From Candidatus Omnitrophota bacterium (GTDB lineage Bacteria; Omnitrophota; Gorgyraeia; Gygaellales; Profunditerraquicolaceae), in the NCBI GenBank assembly GCA_041651115.1, contig JBAZJY010000002.1:9501-73500 (forward strand): a stretch of 64,000 bases of DNA, in the 5' to 3' direction. A model generated the notes under the pieces. That model ran no database searches, was not told where the DNA came from, and saw nothing but the letters and a program-made list of their open reading frames with translations. The position numbers were made by a program, and so were the translations under genes. Of the stretch, positions 17,959 to 25,689 are shown piece by piece (the stretch's first letter is position 1; every line of letters starts with the position of its first letter).

Positions 17959-17993
17959 GAGACACCTCCTTTTTTATTTCTTGGGGTGTCTCA
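17958..17993 (-). promoter_or_regulatory. Stem-loop that occludes the Shine-Dalgarno and start codon of the sigma factor gene
   Basis: mRNA reads UGAGACACC-(18 nt loop containing AAGGA)-GGUGUCUCA-UG. The 9-bp stem buries the 3' half of AAGGAGGUG and the A of the AUG. Confidence 0.45.
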
Positions 17994-18072
17994 AATGAGC
18001 TCTAACTAACGATATGCCTTTAAAAATGCGAAGTAAATCACGGAGGGCTCATAAATATTTATAGAGATATCG

Positions 18073-18288
18073 CTATTTATGCCTTTTTGGCTTTGCAAGC
18101 TCGTCGATGCCGAACAATTCCCTCTGCGTAGGCTCCCTGCCCAGGATGCCGGTCAAGATTTTTATAATTGCCTCGCAGAGCCTTTTATTCCGCAGCTCTC
18201 TTTCTGAGGGCGAAAGCTTCTGCGCATAAACCACCTGAATCCGGTCTCCGAATCGCTTATTAAAATCGCTTTTTATCCCGCGTGCCAT
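18073..18288 (-). CDS. Small hypothetical protein (71 aa from MARGIKSDF..), divergent from the Rho_N gene
   Basis: Shine-Dalgarno GTAGGAG precedes the ATG at 18286-18288. The longer track ORF, starting at 18372, would overlap the promoter palindrome. Confidence 0.35.
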   Translation of the reverse strand: MARGIKSDFNKRFGDRIQVVYAQKLSPSERELRNKRLCEAIIKILTGILGREPTQRELFGIDELAKPKRHK

Positions 18289-18303
18289 ATCTGCTCCTAC
18301 AGA

Positions 18304-18371
18304 TGTATATCGGTTTTTTCTGCAAAATGTCGCATCGCCATGCGACAAAAGACGAGAAAATCCGATATACA
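18304..18371. promoter_or_regulatory. 68-bp imperfect palindrome made of two inverted copies of the 33-bp promoter-like motif around a CGCC centre; candidate divergent promoter/operator switch
   Basis: Left arm 18304-18335 matches 17344-17375 exactly. Right arm 18340-18371 is a diverged inverted copy. Lies between divergent genes at 18288 (minus) and 18466 (plus). Confidence 0.5.
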
Positions 18372-18465
18372 CATATAGGAGTTCTTATCGTCGATTCCTC
18401 TTGACTTGTAGGGGTTTTGTTATAGGGTTGGGGTGTCCAAAAAACTGAAAGGGGGTGACTACCAC

Positions 18466-18810
18466 ATGACTACAGAGCAGAAAAAGAAAGGCAGAGAGTT
18501 TTTGAGTAAGCTCCACGCCAAGCATTACGGCAAGAAAAAATCAAAAACTCAAAAAACCAAGGCGCCGGTTAAAGCTTCAAAAGAAGCTAAATCCGGCGAA
18601 CCTGCCACCAAAGAGCCGACGCGCAATGAGCTGATGCTCAAGGCCAAAGAGCGCGGCATCAAAAACTTCCGGGTAATCAACAAAGAGGAGCTTGTTGAGA
18701 TCCTTAAGGAAGGCACGACCCAAGAGCGCATCAACGAGATCGTCTCCGGGGCAGTGGCCAGATGGAAGGCTGGCTGGGGCAAAGGCAAAAAGCAGAAGGC
18801 CCAGGCATAA
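18466..18810 (+). CDS. Lysine-rich basic protein with Rho_N (SAP-like) domain
   Basis: LMLKAKERGIKNFRVINKEELVEIL resembles the Rho N-terminal domain. Shine-Dalgarno AGGGGGTG lies 7 nt before the ATG at 18466. Confidence 0.45.
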   Translation: MTTEQKKKGREFLSKLHAKHYGKKKSKTQKTKAPVKASKEAKSGEPATKEPTRNELMLKAKERGIKNFRVINKEELVEILKEGTTQERINEIVSGAVARWKAGWGKGKKQKAQA

Positions 18811-18884
18811 CTATTTTAGCGCCGCCAGGCAGAAGAGCACCTTCTGCCTGGCGCATGCCTGCATTAAAATGTGGTAGGAATTCT

Positions 18885-20633
18885 ATGATTATGAATGCCA
18901 AAACAAATAATACAAATAACAAAAAGCGCTATGTAATATATACCCGCTGCTCTACTGATGACCAGGCCCAGGGAGATTTTACCACCCTGGACTCGCAGGC
19001 CTATCACTGCAAGAATATGTTGGACGCCTTTGGATATGACCTCGCCAGAATAGGCAACAAAGGCCGAATAGACGATGACGGATATTCCGGCAAGGATCTC
19101 AACCGGCCCGGCATACAGATGATTATTGACCACGTGCGTAGAGAAACCGCCTCCTTTGACGGAATAATCTTCTTCCGCCTTGACCGCTTAACCCGCAATA
19201 CCCGGGACCTTTACTGGCTTATTGACCTATTCAGAGAAAAGGAAATCGATTTTGTCTCGGTAAGAGAAAACTTAGACAGCTCTACTGCCATAGGCAGAGT
19301 AGTGATTGGTATCCTTGGGATTTTGTCAGCCTTTGAGCGGGAACTCACCGGGGAGCGTGTAAAAGCCTCTGCTATTGCCCGTGTGCGCCAGGGCAAATGG
19401 GTCGGCGGGATGCTGCCTTACGGATATAGGCTTATACCGGATGGAGAGCCGTTTCCTAACGGCCGTCAGCCGCATAAAATTATTCCTGATGAAAAAATAA
19501 CTACGCATCTTAAAGTCATCTGGGAGATGGCCGCTGATAACAGATCGCTCACGCAGGTAGGCCTTGAGCTTCATAGACGCGGGCTAAAAACTCTGAACGG
19601 CAAGGAATGGCGCAGGCAGGTCATCTCAAGGATCCTAAAGAATCCTTTCTACAAAGGCTACATCCAGTACAGCGGCGAATACCACAAAGGCAATCATGCT
19701 GCAATTGTCGATGAGAAACTATGGGAGCGGGCCAACAAGATATTGAGCGCCAAGCTTCCCGGCCACAACTTTGTGCAAAAAGAAAGATTCTATGAATATC
19801 TCCTTGCCGGTATCCTAAGATGCGGCGATTGCGGAAGCCATATGGTATGTAATTTCTCAGGAGGCCGTGACCGAAGAAAATTCTTTTATTATGAGTGCAG
19901 CCGCTCCAAGCAGGCTCTGGGATGCAAAGCTGCTCGCATCTCCGCAACCACCTTTGACAAAGCTATAATCGACTATTTTAAGCGGGCATCTAAAGACAAG
20001 AGCATTATCATAAAGGCCCTTGGGGACGCAATGCTTGAATCGCAGGCAAAGCTTGAGAAGATAGATGCGGATCTCAAAGAAAAAGAATTGAAACTAAACG
20101 GCTTCCGGCACCAGGCCAATAAGCTGCTGGAATTAGCCATGGGCAACACAGTCACCCAAGGCTCCACCTATAAAGACAAAATGGCTGAATTGGAAACCGA
20201 GATCGCAAAGCTGGAAGACGAAATAGACAAGCTCGAGGCGCAAAAGAGAGTTGCAAGCATAAATGCCTGTTCCGGCGAGCTCGTATACGGGGCCATGGGT
20301 TTTGCCATACAGCACCTCGAAAACGCCCCTCCGGAAGCCCAGAAAAGCCTTATACACGCCCTGATCAAGGATATCTATGTCTATAGCGACAGACTGGTAA
20401 TCAACATGTATATTGATGAGCCGCTGGAAAGCATCCTCCCCACCGAAATAGCCTCTACAAATGAAAAGCGCCCTACAGAAGCCTGTAAGGCGCTTGCATC
20501 CACTGCATCGCTATCCTCAGTTTCGGATAGTTGTCAACAATGGCTGCCCCGCATGGACTCGAACCATGATAGTCAGATCCAGAATCTGAAGTCCTACCGA
20601 TTAGACGACAGGGCAATACCGTTTATATGCTAG
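18885..20633 (+). CDS. Large serine recombinase (phage integrase); last ~30 codons run antisense through tRNA-Gln
   Basis: YVIYTRCSTDDQ catalytic Ser region. Recombinase domain, zinc ribbon CGDCGSHM..YYECS, and coiled-coil. Shine-Dalgarno GGTAGGAA precedes the ATG at 18885. Confidence 0.8.
   Translation: MIMNAKTNNTNNKKRYVIYTRCSTDDQAQGDFTTLDSQAYHCKNMLDAFGYDLARIGNKGRIDDDGYSGKDLNRPGIQMIIDHVRRETASFDGIIFFRLDRLTRNTRDLYWLIDLFREKEIDFVSVRENLDSSTAIGRVVIGILGILSAFERELTGERVKASAIARVRQGKWVGGMLPYGYRLIPDGEPFPNGRQPHKIIPDEKITTHLKVIWEMAADNRSLTQVGLELHRRGLKTLNGKEWRRQVISRILKNPFYKGYIQYSGEYHKGNHAAIVDEKLWERANKILSAKLPGHNFVQKERFYEYLLAGILRCGDCGSHMVCNFSGGRDRRKFFYYECSRSKQALGCKAARISATTFDKAIIDYFKRASKDKSIIIKALGDAMLESQAKLEKIDADLKEKELKLNGFRHQANKLLELAMGNTVTQGSTYKDKMAELETEIAKLEDEIDKLEAQKRVASINACSGELVYGAMGFAIQHLENAPPEAQKSLIHALIKDIYVYSDRLVINMYIDEPLESILPTEIASTNEKRPTEACKALASTASLSSVSDSCQQWLPRMDSNHDSQIQNLKSYRLDDRAIPFIC
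20541..20615 (-). tRNA. tRNA-Gln (anticodon CTG), CCA encoded
   Basis: Hand-folded cloverleaf: acceptor stem with U1-A72, G73 discriminator, anticodon loop TTCTGGA, T-arm CATGG-TTCGAGT-CCATG. Confidence 0.8.
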
Positions 20634-20642
20634 TCCTACCGT

Positions 20643-20663
20643 CCCCGCTAGAAAGCAGCGGGG
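20643..20663 (+). terminator. Hairpin CCCCGCT-agaaagc-AGCGGGG, followed by ATTTCGC, downstream of the integrase
   Basis: 7-bp GC-rich stem. Also resembles hairpin 1 of the two-hairpin repeat family. Confidence 0.35.
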
Positions 20664-20751
20664 ATTTCGCTAAATAAAACTTAAGGTGCTCAATTGATTT
20701 AATAATGATACTACGGGAGGAATGCTTCGTCAATTCAAAGTTACGGGCTGG

Positions 20752-21069
20752 TTATGAAGATTTGCCGAATTCCACCAGATCGGCCAAGCCGAAATCAAGG
20801 CCGATCCTCCAGAGGCCGCTGTTGACTTCCCGGCACCAGATGACCTTTGCTTTTTTGCGGACGATCCTGTCAAAAAAACAGTTTATTTCAATCTCTACTT
20901 CTTCGCCGACCTCCATCGGGTGGCTACAGAATAAGCCGGCGCCCCTCTGGCATAAATCATTTACAATAACCGGTTCTTTAGGATTATTATTAGCGGCTAA
21001 AACAGCGGAGCCTTCGATAATGCAGCGCGAGAATAGTCTCCGATCTACCTCCGGATAACTCTTTTCCAT
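20752..21069 (-). CDS. PilZ domain protein (c-di-GMP binding)
   Basis: RRLFSRC and DLCQRGAG motifs resemble PilZ RxxxR and DxSxGG motifs. Confidence 0.55.
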   Translation of the reverse strand: MEKSYPEVDRRLFSRCIIEGSAVLAANNNPKEPVIVNDLCQRGAGLFCSHPMEVGEEVEIEINCFFDRIVRKKAKVIWCREVNSGLWRIGLDFGLADLVEFGKSS

Positions 21070-21180
21070 AATTATCCCTCTTTTTCCGCGACCATAATGA
21101 AAAAGACCGACCCTACTTGTAACTATGCATTATAACAGCGGGTTTTTCAAGCTTAATATTAGCGGCCCGGGAAAACGTTT

Positions 21181-21630
21181 TCAGGTCAACCCTTGCATGG
21201 CATCAATGACTTTTTGGGCCACGCCCTGCTGTTTTAAATAAGCGACATCGTCTGCGGTAAGGCTGAATTTGGAATTGGTCAGGCGTATCTTATCAATAAT
21301 TACGTTTTCGTGCACGCCTTGTTTAGTAAGGTCAACGATCTGTTGCTGCGTCATCTGGTTAGAATTGGCAGCCGGCTGCGCTGCTGTCTGTTGCTGGCCG
21401 GGCTTTTCCATTTGCGCTCCGATCAGGGACCCGCCGATTATGCCTGCTGCCGCGCCGATCGCTGCGCCTTCAGCGCCCCGGTGCATTTGATGGCCGACGA
21501 TCCCGCCGACTCCCGCGCCCAATACTCCGCCGATCACTCCGCCTTCCACTGCATGAGTTTTAGTACCCTGGCAGCCTAAAGCAGATATCGCGAAAGCAAA
21601 ACAAAACAAGAAAGCAAATATTTTTTTCAT
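21181..21630 (-). CDS. Lipoprotein with glycine-zipper repeat
   Basis: Signal peptide with lipobox LGC, followed by GxxxG-rich segment. Confidence 0.45.
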   Translation of the reverse strand: MKKIFAFLFCFAFAISALGCQGTKTHAVEGGVIGGVLGAGVGGIVGHQMHRGAEGAAIGAAAGIIGGSLIGAQMEKPGQQQTAAQPAANSNQMTQQQIVDLTKQGVHENVIIDKIRLTNSKFSLTADDVAYLKQQGVAQKVIDAMQGLT

Positions 21631-21651
21631 CCGTTTTCTCCTTTCAATATG

Positions 21652-21855
21652 TTACCACAAATTTTCAGTCATCCAGGTATCGGTCTTCTTCAAAAGCGTC
21701 CATAAATTATAGCTGTCTTTGCCTACGCCCTGGGCAGTAGCGCCAACGCCCGTGGCAAATCCCTTAGCGGTTTCGCAGCCGCTGAGCAATAAACCCGTAA
21801 AAATAATAACCGCACATAACATTACCCTGCTGCCTTTTAATTTTATTTTATCCAT
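21652..21855 (-). CDS. Small lipoprotein (entericidin-like)
   Basis: 67 aa. Signal peptide and lipobox LSGC, Gly-rich. Confidence 0.3.
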   Translation of the reverse strand: MDKIKLKGSRVMLCAVIIFTGLLLSGCETAKGFATGVGATAQGVGKDSYNLWTLLKKTDTWMTENLW

Positions 21856-23144
21856 TTTGCCAGCCTTTCTTTTGTGCGCTCTCTTCCCAAGTAGTACACG
21901 ACCTCGAATAATCCGGGGCCGACGGTTTTCCCCGTAAGAGCAACCCTCACGGGGTGGACTAACACTTTTGTTTCAATGTTCAGTTCTTTTACCATATCGC
22001 GGAAAGCGGCCTCAATGGAAACAACGTCAAATCTTTCCAATGCCTCAAGCCGGGCAATAAACAGCTTAAACTCCCGGGAAAAATCGCGCGTGAGGAATTT
22101 TTCCTGCGCTGCCGGGTCTATCTTTATCTCTTTCAGGAAGAAGAAATCCGCCCAATCAATAAAATCGTTCAATACAGTAAGCCGGCCCTGGAACAGCTTC
22201 ATTACGGAAACTACGTATTGCCGGTCAAAGCCTTCTTTTTGGATATAACCTTTTTCTATCAGTACCGGCAATAATTCATCGACGAGTTTTTCCGGGTCGT
22301 CTTTTTTCAAATATTGGTTATTCATCCAGTCCAGCTTGTCCAGGTCAAGCACTGCCGCGGTTTTGTTGATATCTTTTATGTCAAAGATCTTGATCGCTTC
22401 GTTGATATCAATGACTTCCCTGTTCTCGCCCGGCGCCCAACCCAGAAGTAACAGGTAGTTGACCAGGGCCTGCGGCAAATAGCCCATTTTGCGGTAATCG
22501 GAGATCGCAGTCGCGCCCTTACGCTTGGAGAGCCTGCCGCCTGCTTTGGCTAATATAAGCGGCAAGTGCGCGAAATGCGGCACGCTAAAGCCGAGCGCCT
22601 CATAAAGCATGATCTGTTTGGGCGTATTGGAAATATGGTCGTCGCCCCTGATCACGTGCGTGATGTTCATTTCCGCGTCGTCAACCACGCAGGCAAAATT
22701 ATATGTAGGCGTGCCGTCTGACTTAATCAGGACCTGGTCCTTGATCACCTCGGTATCGAATTCGATTTCGCCGCGGATAAGATCACTTACCATGATCTTG
22801 TGGGGAATGACTTTAAAAATAGTCGCCTCTCCCCTGCCTTCTGTTTTTTCCAGGTAAGCCTTTCCTTCTTTTAAAAGCTGATCGGCGTATTTACGGTAAA
22901 TATCAAACCTCTTGCTTTGATAATAAAGTTCGTCCCACTCAAACCCCAGCCATTTAAGGCTGAGCAATATCTCATCAAGGTATTCTTTTTGCGAGCGGGC
23001 CGCATCCGTATCCTCGATCCTTAAAATGAATTTGCCGGCCTTTGCCTTTGCGTAAAGCCAGTTAAACAAGGCGGTCCTTGAACCGCCGATATGCAAATAC
23101 CCTGTCGGGCTGGGCGCGAATCTTACCCTGACTGTTTGTTCCAT
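21843..23144 (-). CDS. gltX: Glutamyl-tRNA synthetase
   Basis: N-terminal VRVRFAPSPTGYLHIGGSRTALFNWLYA (HIGH motif) and KLSKR-like LSKRKG motif. Confidence 0.85.
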   Translation of the reverse strand: MEQTVRVRFAPSPTGYLHIGGSRTALFNWLYAKAKAGKFILRIEDTDAARSQKEYLDEILLSLKWLGFEWDELYYQSKRFDIYRKYADQLLKEGKAYLEKTEGRGEATIFKVIPHKIMVSDLIRGEIEFDTEVIKDQVLIKSDGTPTYNFACVVDDAEMNITHVIRGDDHISNTPKQIMLYEALGFSVPHFAHLPLILAKAGGRLSKRKGATAISDYRKMGYLPQALVNYLLLLGWAPGENREVIDINEAIKIFDIKDINKTAAVLDLDKLDWMNNQYLKKDDPEKLVDELLPVLIEKGYIQKEGFDRQYVVSVMKLFQGRLTVLNDFIDWADFFFLKEIKIDPAAQEKFLTRDFSREFKLFIARLEALERFDVVSIEAAFRDMVKELNIETKVLVHPVRVALTGKTVGPGLFEVVYYLGRERTKERLAKWIK

Positions 23145-23668
23145 AGCTTGATCCCCATGTTCAAAGCGTCTTTATTTATTTGCACAAGGTTTTTCTTGTC
23201 TGCCGGCGCGATCTCCTCAATGGTCTTCAAAATACTTTCGGAGTTAAGGATCTTTCTTTGCGCCAGATAACAGCCTAAGGCAACCATATTTGCTATCCTA
23301 ACATTACCCATCTTAATCGCGATATCCGTAAACGGCTGGCTGACCACGCAGGCATTGCCGGGTATGCCGGAACCTACCAAAGATGAGTTAACGATTAAAA
23401 GCCCATTATTCTTTATCCGGCTTTTAAATTTCTGTAGAGAAGGCTCGTTCATAATAATCATGGTATCTGCTTTAGCCGCGTAAGGAGAACCGATCCGGCT
23501 GTCAGATATGATCACTATACAGTGCGCTGTGCCGCCGCGCACTTCCGCGCCATAGGAGGGAAGCCAAGTTACATTCAACCCCTGTTTCATTGCCGCATAG
23601 GCAACGATCTTTCCTAGGAGCATTACACCCTGTCCGCCTGAACCGGCGATGATCAGCCGTTCAATCAT
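23123..23668 (-). CDS. 2-oxoacid:ferredoxin oxidoreductase, gamma subunit
   Basis: Typical gamma-subunit sequence character. Last gene of the delta-alpha-beta-gamma operon. Confidence 0.7.
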   Translation of the reverse strand: MIERLIIAGSGGQGVMLLGKIVAYAAMKQGLNVTWLPSYGAEVRGGTAHCIVIISDSRIGSPYAAKADTMIIMNEPSLQKFKSRIKNNGLLIVNSSLVGSGIPGNACVVSQPFTDIAIKMGNVRIANMVALGCYLAQRKILNSESILKTIEEIAPADKKNLVQINKDALNMGIKLWNKQSG

Positions 23669-24393
23669 TTTATCCTTCCCAGAGGAAATTCTTTTACCAT
23701 AACCTCATTGATCCAATCCAGCGCCTCTTTCGGAGACATCCCCCAATATGTCGGGCAAGGCGACAATATTTCTACCAGCGAAAAGCCTACCGAATCAATC
23801 TGGTTACGAAATGCCTGCTTTATTGCCGCGCCTGCTTTATTGACCTGCGCAGGCGAAGACAAAGCCACCCGCTCAATAAACTTTACCGCCGGAAGCTGAC
23901 TTAAGAGCTCCGAGATTTTAAGTGGGTAGCCTTGCGGCCAAGCTTGGCGTCCGGCTTGAGTAGTTGATGTCTTTTGTCCAAGCAGGGTCGTAGGCGCCAT
24001 CTGACCTCCGGTCATACCGTAAACGGCATTATTAATAAAAATAACCGTGAGATTTTCGCCTCGGTTAGCCGCGTGGATTGTTTCATTGGTGCCGATCGCC
24101 GCCAGATCGCCGTCTCCCTGATAAGTAAAAACGATATTTTCCGGCCTTACCCGCTTTATTGCCGTTGCCACGGCAAGCGCCCTGCCGTGCGCTGCTTCCG
24201 AACAATCAAAATTCCAATAATCGTAGGCAATCACTGCGCAGCCGACAGGCGCTACGCCAATGACTTTCTCTCTTATGCCCAACTCATCCACTGCTTCAGC
24301 TACCAGCCTGTGCGCCATACCATGGCCGCAGCCCGGGCAATAATGCGTCGGAGCTTCATATAGCGATTCTGGACGAGTAAATATTTTATTCAT
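23665..24393 (-). CDS. 2-oxoacid:ferredoxin oxidoreductase, beta subunit (TPP-binding)
   Basis: CPGCGHG and GDGD TPP motif. Confidence 0.8.
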   Translation of the reverse strand: MNKIFTRPESLYEAPTHYCPGCGHGMAHRLVAEAVDELGIREKVIGVAPVGCAVIAYDYWNFDCSEAAHGRALAVATAIKRVRPENIVFTYQGDGDLAAIGTNETIHAANRGENLTVIFINNAVYGMTGGQMAPTTLLGQKTSTTQAGRQAWPQGYPLKISELLSQLPAVKFIERVALSSPAQVNKAGAAIKQAFRNQIDSVGFSLVEILSPCPTYWGMSPKEALDWINEVMVKEFPLGRIK

Positions 24394-25463
24394 GCCTGTT
24401 TCCCCAACAGCCTAATCGCCTTTTTTATGATCTCTTCTTCCGATGGAATACCGCCGCCTGCGCGGCCGAGAAACTCAACCGGAAGCTTACAGCCGACTGC
24501 AAGCCTTACATCTTCCACCATCTGGCCGTAAGACATTTCTACGGTTAAAAGAGAGATCCGCTTGCGCCCGGCTGCCAGGCGTTTGAAGATCTTATCCGGA
24601 AACGGCCATAAAGTCATTGGCCGCAGCAACCCGGCTTTCTTTCCTTTTTTTCTTAACGCCTCAACAGCTCCGGCAGCGATCCGCGCCATTGTGCCGTAGG
24701 CAACTAAAATGACTTTCGCGTCGTCTAAAAATAAGCCTTCATACCGCTGCTCTGCTTCCTTGATCGCCTGGTATTTTTTCTGCGTGGCGAGATTGGCCTT
24801 TTCCAGGTCGCCTTCGGCCATATAAAAAGATTTTACGATATTGGCGGGCCTGCCTTTACAGCCGGTCAAGGCCCATGGTTTTTTATAAGCTGACACCTGA
24901 CACCTGACACCTGACACCTGAACGGGTTCCATCATCTGGCCCAAAATACCGTCGCCAAGAATGATCACCGGATTCCTGTATTTATCCGCCAGGTCAAATG
25001 CCGAATACATGAAATCATATGCTTCTTGCACATAAGCCGGGGCAAGCACAATGCAATGGTAATCTCCGTGGCCGCCGCCTTTTACCGCCTGAAAATAATC
25101 CGATTGTGCCGGCCAGATATTGCCCAATCCCGGTCCGCCGCGCATAATATTGACGATTACCGAGGGAAGCTGGGCTCCGGCAATATAAGAGATGCCTTCT
25201 TGCTTCAGGCTTATGCCGGGGCTGGATGAAGATGTCATTGCCCTTGCGCCTGCGGCAGCGGCGCCGTAAACCATACTGATCGCCGCCAATTCAGACTCTG
25301 CCTGGATAAACACCCCGCCTGCATTCGGCATATGGTCCGACATATAGGCAGTTAATTCATTTTGCGGGGTGATCGGGTATCCGGCATAAAAGCGGCAGCC
25401 GGCTTGGATGGCCGCCTCGGCAATCGCCTCGTTCCCGGAGATCAAAATTTTATTTTTCTTCAT
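24390..25463 (-). CDS. 2-oxoacid:ferredoxin oxidoreductase, alpha subunit; carries an in-frame heptamer-repeat insertion
   Basis: Typical alpha-subunit sequence. Start moved to MKKNKILISG, which removes a large overlap with the delta gene. Confidence 0.75.
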   Translation of the reverse strand: MKKNKILISGNEAIAEAAIQAGCRFYAGYPITPQNELTAYMSDHMPNAGGVFIQAESELAAISMVYGAAAAGARAMTSSSSPGISLKQEGISYIAGAQLPSVIVNIMRGGPGLGNIWPAQSDYFQAVKGGGHGDYHCIVLAPAYVQEAYDFMYSAFDLADKYRNPVIILGDGILGQMMEPVQVSGVRCQVSAYKKPWALTGCKGRPANIVKSFYMAEGDLEKANLATQKKYQAIKEAEQRYEGLFLDDAKVILVAYGTMARIAAGAVEALRKKGKKAGLLRPMTLWPFPDKIFKRLAAGRKRISLLTVEMSYGQMVEDVRLAVGCKLPVEFLGRAGGGIPSEEEIIKKAIRLLGKQA

Positions 25464-25689
25464 ATATTTCAATGCAGCAGTCAGGACAGATCGCCGCGCA
25501 CATCTTGCAGCCTGCGCATTCTCCGTTGTCTTTAAATTCCACGAAAGCAAAGCCTTTTTTATTTAACGCCTTGCTCTTCTTTATCAAACCCTTGGGGCAG
25601 AAGGCAACGCATAAAAGGCAGCCTTTGCATTTTTCCTTATCTATTTTTAATTTTGCCATCTGTAGATTACGCCTTTCCGGAGATAGCAA
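25450..25689 (-). CDS. 2-oxoacid:ferredoxin oxidoreductase, delta subunit (2x[4Fe-4S] ferredoxin)
   Basis: Two CxxCxxCxxxCP motifs. Confidence 0.7.
   Translation of the reverse strand: MLSPERRNLQMAKLKIDKEKCKGCLLCVAFCPKGLIKKSKALNKKGFAFVEFKDNGECAGCKMCAAICPDCCIEIYEEK

Larger units (their letters stand above)
1..20640 (-). mobile_element. Lambda-like tailed prophage, right-hand ~20.6 kb; left end lies beyond the window start. Integrase-proximal end abuts tRNA-Gln.
   Basis: Contiguous block in lambda order: terminase small, terminase large, gpW, portal, protease/scaffold, decoration protein, major capsid protein, connectors, major tail, G/T chaperones, tape measure, M, L, K, J. A serine recombinase sits at the end, overlapping a tRNA. 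Confidence 0.8.

Noticed and set aside
18762-18884. Track start of the recombinase ORF at 18762 (MEGWLGQ..)
   Set aside because: It overlaps the upstream Rho_N gene. A Shine-Dalgarno GGTAGGAA precedes the ATG at 18885, which starts MIMNAKT..YVIYTRCSTDDQ.
24893-24920. Heptamer tandem repeats in korA and pheT considered as a possible CRISPR array or minisatellite locus
   Set aside because: Units are only 7 bp with no spacers. They lie inside intact coding frames of conserved genes, so they are not CRISPR.
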